From Phoronis australis (taxonomy: Eukaryota > Animalia > Phoronida): a DNA stretch of 32,135 bases. The notes beneath the pieces are model-generated. The model did not search any database, was not told the DNA's origin, and worked only from the letters and a program-made list of their open reading frames with translations. Location: NCBI GenBank assembly GCA_002633005.1, contig NMRA01000433.1, positions 356,411-388,545 of the forward strand, read 5' to 3'. A program made the translations under genes and the position numbers. Of the stretch, positions 24,201-32,135 are shown piece after piece (within the stretch, counting starts at the first letter, position 1; each line of letters starts with the position of its first letter).

Positions 24201-27200
24201 ATTTCGAGTTTTGTGAAATTGTGAGCGCTATTAATTGATGCTAATTCACCAGCTACACACAATGTGGCAGACAAGTGAAATTTTGTTTTTTACAATAAAT
24301 TGCTCGTAAAAATCGAGATTAAGAATGTTTGTGATATAAATTTTCATGCCGGCTTAAAATTTATATATTTATTATGTATTCTAGTTTATTGTTAGCTTGT
24401 ATTGTACAGCCTGAATGCCATTAATACATGAATCACCACACCCTTCTCAGCGGAAACCAACTGCCCGGCCCAGTCAAACTGAGCCCTGCCTAACAAATAT
24501 GTAAAACTATTGTTTTTCGTACTATACCTGATATACACTATTGGATGTGAGATGTATGAATCTTTTGACAAGTCATAAATGGACGGTGTACAGAAGTTTT
24601 TCTGCATTTCTTTTCAGGCTAGAATTGCCCCACCAGCCAGTTAAAGCTGTACTGTCTGCATTGTCTACTTTGTCAAGGCTGAGGCGAGTTTGTGTGGGGA
24701 TCCGTCACACTATGACAAATAACAGTGACATTCAGTTATTGCTCCACTCTATGTTAGCAAATGTGAGTACTGCTTGTGACTGACTTTTGCCCAGTCGGCA
24801 AGTGTAATATCTGATTGCTTTGAATCAGCTGAGTTGCCTTTCTTGAAATTGGTTTATTATATCCTTCATAATCACTGTTATGCGACATGTGGTAATTAAA
24901 AAAAAAATTTTATTGATTGCAGGAGATTTTCTGTTTGTGTTTATTTGCAAATACAGGACACGTTTTTTGCATGATATGAAATTTGTTCCCAGAATGCAAA
25001 TTGTTTGTTATTTTGCTTATTTTCTCCCATATTACTCTCTATTTTGATTTCATTTATTTAAAACAAAATTTTCAAACAGCAAATGTTAAAAGCTCATGGT
25101 TATTGAGCAACCTGATATTCACTTTATTCTGGAGGAACAGGGTGTAACTGGTTTTCTAAAAGTCATGTCACATATTTCTTACTTTTGAACTTAAAATCTT
25201 TATCTACCCAGAAAAATTCTTAGTCATAGAAATTCGTCTGTTTAGCTAGACGTACGCAGTACTAAAATCCACCTGTCCGTCCATTACAATCCTTCAACGA
25301 TTCCTCAAGAAAAGATTGTTACGCTCTCAAGTGCCTAATGATTTTTGTAAGTAGCACATACATGTAGTCCAGCTGAACTGGTTCAATTTCTTTGATTGTA
25401 GATTTTCTTATACAATACAGTAAAACTGTGTCATCTTTATTAGTATGATGAAGTATTGGATAATAGGTGTGTCATTCAAAGGCTAGTTGCAAAGACACAG
25501 TCGCATCTTTATCAATTATATTCATACTTGCATAAGACTCAGCTTGACAGGCCCAGAACATTTTCTTGGAAGACTTGGGCATCCTGGAGTTTTATAAACT
25601 TTGTACAGTATGTTTTGCCAAAATGTTTCACACTGTTAGTTAGTGGTTGGCATAGGGAAAGGTCCCTCGATTTTATATCCAAAACGATTGAGAGCAGGAC
25701 TTAATCACAAGCACAGGCGCTTGGGTTTATCGCAAATGACGTCACAATATATATATAAGAAAACATAAAGGTTGGACACTTAAACTTTGCAAAACCGAGG
25801 CTCCCAACTTCAACCGTCCAAAATCCAAATAAAATCTGCCTGCACCTCCCTCAGTCTGGTGTTGCATTAACCTTCGAAGCCTTATCTTTCCTAGATCCCA
25901 TTAACTGTTTTCGTGAGTGGTGAATTGGCGATGGAATTTCCAAAACAATCTCAAAACTCTGAATTCAAGGACCTGAAATAGTAAACATGGCGGATTTCTG
26001 TTGTGCTTCAACTTGTACACCTGACGTAGGTGAAACTTCAAGTTTGAGCAAGCAACCTATATTTCAAATTCAATAACTCTAATCCAAAACTCAACTNTGG
26101 AAACTAAGGTGATTGTGTTTCACTCGAGGTTTCCAAATGCAAACGTTTCTATGGGTTTGACTTTTGTATTTTTGATACCACCTGGAGAATTTTGAGTTCC
26201 CCGTTGCTAAAGTTGTCTAACAATCGGTGCTGATAAAAGTGTAAGTTCAATATTTTGATTTTTAATATTTGCAATAGCTATGTAGACAGCTGTGTTCACA
26301 TGACATACATGTACTTCTAAACGTGGACATCTTTTTATCCTCATAAACTGCATGGGTGTTGTTTCAACTTAATATTAACTGTTTCTTTTGTAGAATCCAC
26401 GTCTCAGTAGAGTCTATCTCTTCACCGATGATCCACTGGTATTGAGCCGTTCGACTAAAAGTACACTGTCTAAAAGGTATAACACAAACAAGACTTTCAA
26501 CATTTTCTTACCTAGTTGTTTTCCATGATTTTAGAATGTAGAGTAACTACACTATAAGTCAAAATTTATCATACAAAATACCATTTCCCATCATCACAGC
26601 TAAGTACCATTTCCCATCATCACAGCTAAGTACCATTTCCTATCATCACAGCTAAGTACCATTTCCCATCATCACAGCTAAGTACCATTTCCCATCATCA
26701 CAGCTAAGTACCATTTCCCATCATCACAGCTAAGTACCATTTCCCATCATCACAGCTAAGTACCATTTCCCATCATCACAGCTAAGTACCATTTCCCATC
26801 ATCACAGCTAAGTACCATTTCCCATCATCACAGCTAAGTACCATTTCCCATCATCACAGCTAAGTACCATTTCCCATCATCACAGCTAAGTACCATTTCC
26901 CATCATCACAGCTAAGTACCATTTCCCATCATCACAGCTAAGTACCATTTCCCATCATCACAGCTAAGTACCATTTCCCATCATCACAGCTAAGTACCAT
27001 TTCCCATCATCACAGCTAAGTACCATTTCCCATCATCACAGCTAAGTACCATTTCCCATCATCACAGCTAAGTACCATTTCCCATCATCACAGCTAAGTA
27101 CCATTTCCCATCATCACAGCTAAGTACCATTTCCCATCATCACAGCTAAGTACCATTTCCCATCATCACAGCTAAGTACCATTTCCCATCATCACAGCTA

Positions 27201-29130
27201 AGTACCATTTCCCATCATCACAGCTAAGTACCATTTCCCATCATCACAGCTAAGTACCATTTCCCATCATCACAGCTAAGTACCATTTCCCATCATCACA
27301 GCTAAGTACCATTTCCCATCATCACAGCTAAGTACCATTTCCCATCATCACAGCTAAGTACCATTTCCCATCATCACAGCTAAGTACCATTTCCCATCAT
27401 CACAGCTAAGTACCATTTCCCATCATCACAGCTAAGTACCATTTCCCATCATCACAGCTAAGTACCATTTCTCATCATCACAGCTAAATACCATTTTGAC
27501 ATCATAGGTAAAATGACTGGTAATAACCATCAAGGCAGTAAAATTCTAATTACTAACTTTCCTTTTAATTGTCCCTCATTCTTGGTCATGAGGTAAATTA
27601 CTCTGACAGTGAGCTCAGCTTTGGCCGAGCCGTCATGATGGAAAACTCCGGTTCATTTTGTCTTAATACTTTTTATATTAGCTTTTAGAATATGGATACT
27701 TTGTTAATTACAATTACGTTATTCTACACATATTTCCATTAGTTAGTCAAAGATTCATAAGATGTGAACTTCATCATGCAATCGGGGTGGCCATTTGAAG
27801 TCTAAGACATATGTAGAAGTTGGGCTTTAAGTTGACTAATTTGGCTTGTAGAAAAATAGGCCAGTTGTAAAAGTCACCTGCAGAAGAATTTTAACCAAAT
27901 TCAAACAAATAGATGTTGCAATCCCGTGCAGTTACCAAAGAATAAAAATATAAAATAGTAAAACTAGTAAAACTGCTCAGCGGTCTGTAGCACACCCTTG
28001 ACAAAGAGCGCATCGCTCGATACGTGGGGATATTTTAGTATTTTAGTACTGACGCTCATCCTCTTAATTTTACTAGTTTTACTATTTTAAATTCAAACAA
28101 TTACAACACTTTTTATTTGTGTTCAGACACATTATGTAGGTGTAAATTACTGTTGTTTCTGGGCGTCAGCTTCCGCTGTTGGATCTCTGGCAGGACCTTT
28201 TAGTTAATGATCTTTAAAGACTGATCCAACCATGGCTTTGCCCCCATGTGGCTGTTTTATTTTTTATTTTTTATTTTTAAATTTTTGCCTCTGTTTTTGA
28301 AGTTCCTGGACAGGTTTTAATGGAATTCAACAAATAGGTTAACTATCTATTAAGAAGTTGACAATGTCTTCCGATTTTTGTACAAGTTCAATGTGTTGTG
28401 CACCATCTAATGGCCATTTTTATGTGACTAATAAAAACCCTTATAAGCTCGGCAAAGGTTCGTTCGTGTCTGTAAACTTTACCATCAAATTAGGTTTTCA
28501 TTTTTGGAATAATTAAAAGTAAAACAATTTAATCGCTTCATCAGTTGTAAACTCTTGTTTTGCATTACAAAAAACAATTTTTGATTTTGACCAAATTGGT
28601 TGTCAAAAACTATAGGCTTAGAAGGCACTTGAGTGTTCGTTATTGCTTGAAACTAGGCTCTTCAATTTTCTTTCCTGGCGTGTTATCTTATTCACTGAGT
28701 ATGATCTGGAGCAATAATAAACAGGCAGTTCTGTGTAAAGCACTTCCCATCAAAGTAAGAAACAATTTGAAAGCAATTGAATAGTGTTAAGTGGTTGAAA
28801 TAAAAAGGTGTGGTTCATTGACAGAAGGCGGGTTTACAATTGTTATAAGCAAATTTGTTCAACGTGGTCTCAATGACATTTGATTAGCAATGTTGTTCAA
28901 AGCTGTGTGTTCATCACACATCAGGTTACTTTCTCAGCTGTTCAGTCATCCTTGCATGCCATGTGAAATATGTACAACTACGCTACTTGTGTTTCAGACA
29001 TATCGATCGACCAGGATTTCTCTTCAAGTGGTTTAATTCTTTGGCGATCTCTGACCAGCTACAGGAACTTTTCAAATCCCCCTTTTCTGATTTGGAGGAA
29101 CTGGTTTATTTCAGCATCCCGGTGTCATAG
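12095..29130 (+). CDS. FBXL18: F-box/leucine-rich-repeat protein, FBXL18-like, about 651 aa; join of 12095-12228, 12852-12965, 13759-14383, 15469-15576, 16774-16888, 19844-20082, 21355-21463, 22168-22318, 24618-24762, 26394-26476, 28998-29130
   Basis: N-terminal F-box (EELPLVALVEIMSYLNLEDLILLSQVSSKM) followed by Cys-containing LRRs. All introns are GT-AG and phase-consistent, totalling 1956 nt ending in TAG. The C-terminal blocks (CRDVTDEHLQCLSGWKRLQSLTVAGV; RLELPH; VYLFTDDPL; RPGF...PFSDLEELVYF) are collinear with my recollection of vertebrate FBXL18. Orthology is inferred, not tested. Confidence 0.8.
12852..12965 (+). CDS. FBXL18-like exon 2 (CLNFEGCFLSNEDILQLLKSLGTRLRLVKELNLNFCW)
   Basis: Acceptor TTTTGCAG, donor TG|GTGAGT, phase 2/2, LRR pattern. 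Confidence 0.9.
13759..14383 (+). CDS. FBXL18-like exon 3 (LTRLTIQKVLKQCPNIQSLHIIDCHL...LCTAFDCE)
   Basis: Acceptor TGTTTCAG; lies in the longest ORF of the window (13784..14425). The donor GAG|GTACTC is the best phase-0 candidate but is less certain. Confidence 0.85.
15469..15576 (+). CDS. FBXL18-like exon 4 (CTKMLKQVKITKSMEPGEVLSCCPLLTTVHFSDYVM)
   Basis: Acceptor TTGTTGCAG, donor ATG|GTAATC, 108 bp, phase 0/0. Confidence 0.75.
16774..16888 (+). CDS. FBXL18-like exon 5 (ITSSVLQKLPSLLFIQNLHMVGLCVHSQNLCSAIGKLK)
   Basis: Acceptor TTTCTTACGCAG, donor AAG|GTAAAA, phase 0/1. Confidence 0.85.
16908..18350 (+). repeat. Copy A of a roughly 1.44-kb direct duplication (intron 5 plus the first 168 nt of exon 6), ending at N 18351
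   Basis: Aligns by eye to about 18567-20011 (offset about 1660). The intronic part has scattered SNPs and indels; the exonic part is identical. Confidence 0.93.
18567..20011 (+). repeat. Copy B of the roughly 1.44-kb duplication, continuing into the complete exon 6
   Basis: Same alignment as copy A; the ORF pairs 18049/19614 and 18156/19817 are near-identical. Confidence 0.93.
19844..20082 (+). CDS. FBXL18-like exon 6 (LRRLAVSPCAIFD...GCPGLQHFSLAAWDAKGKIPWET)
   Basis: Acceptor TTTGTATTGTAG, donor ACA|GTAAGT, phase 1/0. Confidence 0.9.
21355..21463 (+). CDS. FBXL18-like exon 7 (PSKFGKCLDCRDVTDEHLQCLSGWKRLQSLTVAGVK)
   Basis: Acceptor TTCTGTTGCAG (an in-frame alternative ends at 21333), donor AAG|GTGAAT. 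Confidence 0.88.
22168..22318 (+). CDS. FBXL18-like exon 8 (VASFGFLLDILKHSDTMQVLSLDHVGLG...GLSTV)
   Basis: Acceptor TTCTGCCACCAG (an in-frame alternative ends at 22131), donor AG|GTACGT. Confidence 0.88.
24618..24762 (+). CDS. FBXL18-like exon 9 (LELPHQPVKAVLSALSTLSRLRRVCVG...SMLAN)
   Basis: Acceptor TTTCTTTTCAG, donor AAT|GTGAGT. Confidence 0.9.
26394..26476 (+). CDS. FBXL18-like exon 10 (NPRLSRVYLFTDDPLVLSRSTKSTLSK)
   Basis: Acceptor TTTCTTTTGTAG, donor AG|GTATAA, phase 0/2. Confidence 0.88.
26579..27496. repeat. Minisatellite, 26-bp unit TACCATTTCCCATCATCACAGCTAAG, about 35 copies, in the last FBXL18-like intron
   Basis: Direct reading; variants seen only near the edges (26641, 27472, 27488). 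Confidence 0.98.
27951..28089. mobile_element. Small element bounded by 22-bp perfect inverted repeats (possible MITE)
   Basis: TAAAATAGTAAAACTAGTAAAA (27951-27972) and its reverse complement (28068-28089). Confidence 0.5.
28998..29130 (+). CDS. FBXL18-like terminal exon (HIDRPGFLFKWFNSLAISDQLQELFKSPFSDLEELVYFSIPVS*)
   Basis: Acceptor TGTGTTTCAG, phase 2, TAG at 29128-29130. Confidence 0.88.
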
Positions 29131-29237
29131 TTGCTATAAAGACTAGGTTGACTGTGGATCTGATTAAAGTTACGAAAGCTTTTGAACACTTAAACTTGTT
29201 GACTTTATTTTTATATTGAATATAATTGTTTCTAAAA

Positions 29238-29243
29238 AATAAA
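29238..29243 (+). terminator. Candidate polyadenylation signal AATAAA for the FBXL18-like gene
   Basis: About 110 nt after the stop codon and followed by a T/GT-rich tract. Confidence 0.55.
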
Positions 29244-30531
29244 TGTTTTGTATTATTTCTTTAAGGTTGTAAATCATTCTTTGCTCAGCTATTCAAGATT
29301 CCATGTGCGTTAGTTAATCAAACACTTTCTGGCAGTGGCTATTCAGAATTCATAGGGGGTAATAAAATAATAATCTCAGCCAGGAACTGCTTTCACTGAC
29401 CTTGCATGTCAATTTAAAAAGCCTAATGTATGTGAGCTACATCCATGATTTAACATGTGCAACACTCTAAGCCAATGTGTGGACTTTTAACCATAAAGAG
29501 GCCAAAACTGGGCTACCTGGAACAAAATACCCTACAATATTCAAATGAAATTTCCAGAATATGGTTGATATGCTGCTCCAATATGCTTCAAAGACTGCCA
29601 GAACATAACTTCGCTTCTAAACCTTTCGTCTGCACCTTCTGATTTTGAACCTAATTTGATTGAATTACTTCACCAGAAAACAAGCATAAATGTACTAACA
29701 GTGATCAGTAATAATACTAGTCTCTCACTTGAAGACAACAGGAGCTTCTGTGGATTTTAGCTATGCATCAGAGATTGAGGAAGCTAGAGTCAGCAAAAGA
29801 CAGTGTTGTCTTCATGGGTAGTGTATCAGTGAATTGTGATGCCAACTTCTTACGTATGTGGCCGTTTGGGAAGTGTCAATTTTATGAATGTTGCAGGCGG
29901 TAGTTTTGGTCTCTTCTGCTTTTCCTCAATTTCGAAGTGATACCGAATTGGCTCGAAAAATACCGGGGTTTTCCGTAGAAACGTCCATGGGAGTTTATTC
30001 GGAAAATTATGGCGAACGATTGCCCATGGGCACTTATTTGGTGTTTCAACTTCTGGTGTCAAATACTGTCCAGATAGTGAGGCATTTATTCGGAAATTTG
30101 AAATTTCCTCTTAAAAGTCCACTAAAGGTCAAATTGACAAATTCAGTTTTGTGGACCATTGTAAAAACGACATGGCATTGTTTTCCCGTTCAGCCACTTT
30201 ACAAGACGTACATGTAGGGGGTTCTGAGCGTGTGATAACATCTAGCTTCTTTGTTAACTGCCAAGCACACTCTTTTGTCTGTTTTGACAACAAGCATGCC
30301 TTTTTATCTACCAGGCTTATTACAAACCACGTGTGAACTCCGCCGGTCAAACTCAGAGTGAATTGGTGTATTCGGAAAGAATAGATTATCGTAACTTCGG
30401 TTGCAGTTGGGCGATTTTGGCGATTCAAAAACTAAACGCGGTCACCATTTGACGAAAATTTCAGAAATGCTATTGGTTTACGTTCAAATATGTTATAACT
30501 TACATGTAACTTTTATTTTTAACAGCACATT

Positions 30532-31210
30532 CCAGTCAGGGTAGATACGATCTTATTGGAGATTAGAGCAATTATCGAACAAAAGAGAGCTGTCCCTCCA
30601 ACCCTAAATACCAGATTGGAGTTAATCAGTCATGTAAGATATTGGCTACAGGGTTAAACTTCCCAATTTGTTGTTGGGCTATAGAATCGAACAAGTTGGG
30701 AGCAACGGGAAAACGCCGTCAGGGAACCTATGACTTTCACTTTACACGACCCCACCCCCATTTTTCCGAATTAACCCCCGGGCGTTTACTTGGTGTTATT
30801 AAAACGTCTTAAATGTTTCATTTTGCGAATACACTCCCATGGGATTATCTACGGAAAATCCCGGTATGATTATTTCATTCCAAGTACGTTATATATTTCG
30901 GGATCACGTGGTAGCACGTGGCGTAACCAGAAATTTCGACAGTCATGCTTACTTCATTACAGCGTCCTGTCGTTCAGTAACTTTTCCAGACGTGAGGGGT
31001 ACTGATCGAACGTGCGATAATATTTGGCTTAACTTCAATTTTTATCAGCCCACCCCAGTCAGGCTAGATATGATCTGATCGGAGATTAGAGCAATTATCA
31101 AACAAAAGAGCGCAGGCCCTCCAACCATCGACGCCAGAATGGAGTTAATTGGCTACGGGGGGTAAACTTCCCAACTCGAACAAGTTGGGAGCAACGGAAT
31201 GTCGCCGTCA
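30532..31210. repeat. Diverged direct repeat pair (about 30532-30721 and 31055-31210)
   Basis: Shared blocks CCAGTCAGG, GGAGATTAGAGCAATTATC, CCCTCCAACC, AAACTTCCCAA and CGAACAAGTTGGGAGCAACGG, with indels between them. Confidence 0.85.
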
Positions 31211-31334
31211 TGTGAAGTGTGACATCCCACTGGGTTTCAGTTTCGCCGGTAAACAGTCATTCCAGCGTTCGAAATACACTGGTCGAGGCCCTGACTTGTG
31301 GTCGGGCCACTAAACTTTCACATACAGTGTATAC

Positions 31335-31520
31335 AGTGGCGGATCTAGGATATCACATGGGGGCCCAACATTTTGTCTGTAAACATTTGCTTAGCACGAT
31401 TGTAGATGCGCATAGCAACGAATGGGNGGGGGAGGTCGGAAAGGGGGTCTTCCCCCCTCCCGCCCAGGAAATTTTTCTGTTTTTTCCTCTAAAAATCAAG
31501 CATTCTCCATGATTCCTGAA
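31335..31520. mobile_element. Probable fragment of a hAT-type non-autonomous element
   Basis: Starts CAGTGGCGGATCTAG and contains a G-run/C-run hairpin (GGGGGAGG...CCCCCCTCCC). The other terminus was not identified; N at 31427. Confidence 0.35.
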
Positions 31521-32135
31521 GTATCATCAAAGAAAAAAGGCAACAAAAAGAAAAAAACGGAGAACGTGTCAAACAGGAAAAAATGAAAATAACAAAGACT
31601 CAAACTCACGACCTGGCGGATACAGCGCGCGAATGTTACCACTACACCACAACAACTTTAACTACTATTCCCACACTAAAAGACCTACTTACTTATGGGC
31701 CACAGCGTTTGCGCGCGAAACCTACTTCTTGTTGTAATGCTTATTACACGTTTTATATTTTGTGCCATCAATTCTTAGCAAATTTGTCGTAATTGAAATA
31801 GTCTTCAAATGCCCAAAAGACCAAACCCATTTTTCTTGTTGGCAATAATGACGGGATTGCTTTGGAAATCGTCTTAAGATAAGGTTTGACAAAGAGAGTA
31901 TTGCAAGTTTCTGAGTGATTCACTAAGGCTTCGATTAAAGTTCACATCTTACCAGCAGCTTCTGTTTTTTCATCGTCACTCAGGTTCCAATGAAGGAAAT
32001 TTTCTTCATTGCACAGTGGAGCAGACGACGGAAACGGAGTCGTAGTGCGCAGCGCCACTGCCGGTTAGCTAGGATATCGTGGGAGATCCTATACTTAGCC
32101 ATAGTTCCGTTACGAATGCGCTGTGTTCCGAATTT

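Noticed and set aside
28998-29130. Apparent frameshift in the terminal exon
   Set aside because: Recounting the C run at 29078-29082 shows a continuous frame to TAG.

Overview
This is AT-rich, intron-containing eukaryotic DNA, probably from an invertebrate animal (an inference; the species cannot be fixed from the sequence). Most entries in the ORF track are therefore spurious or exon fragments. Manual splicing gives two head-to-head genes. (1) SURF1, the cytochrome c oxidase assembly factor, is on the minus strand: six phase-consistent exons from ATG 11108 down to 1647, with the 3' part beyond the left edge. (2) A complete 11-coding-exon F-box/LRR gene resembling FBXL18 is on the plus strand (12095..29130, about 651 aa). 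They share a roughly 150-bp CpG-rich intergenic region carrying two inverted ETS-type motifs. The introns hold two near-perfect minisatellites (27 bp and 26 bp units) and a 25-bp repeat that forms a SURF1 splice-acceptor region. SURF1 intron 1 contains three separate inverted-repeat elements, one with about 335-bp near-identical arms. A roughly 1.4-kb duplication ending at an N is probably two alleles assembled in tandem. A weak candidate third gene lies on the minus strand at the right end. I found no CRISPR array, no prokaryotic system and no clearly new biological system; the findings are hypotheses ranked by interest.
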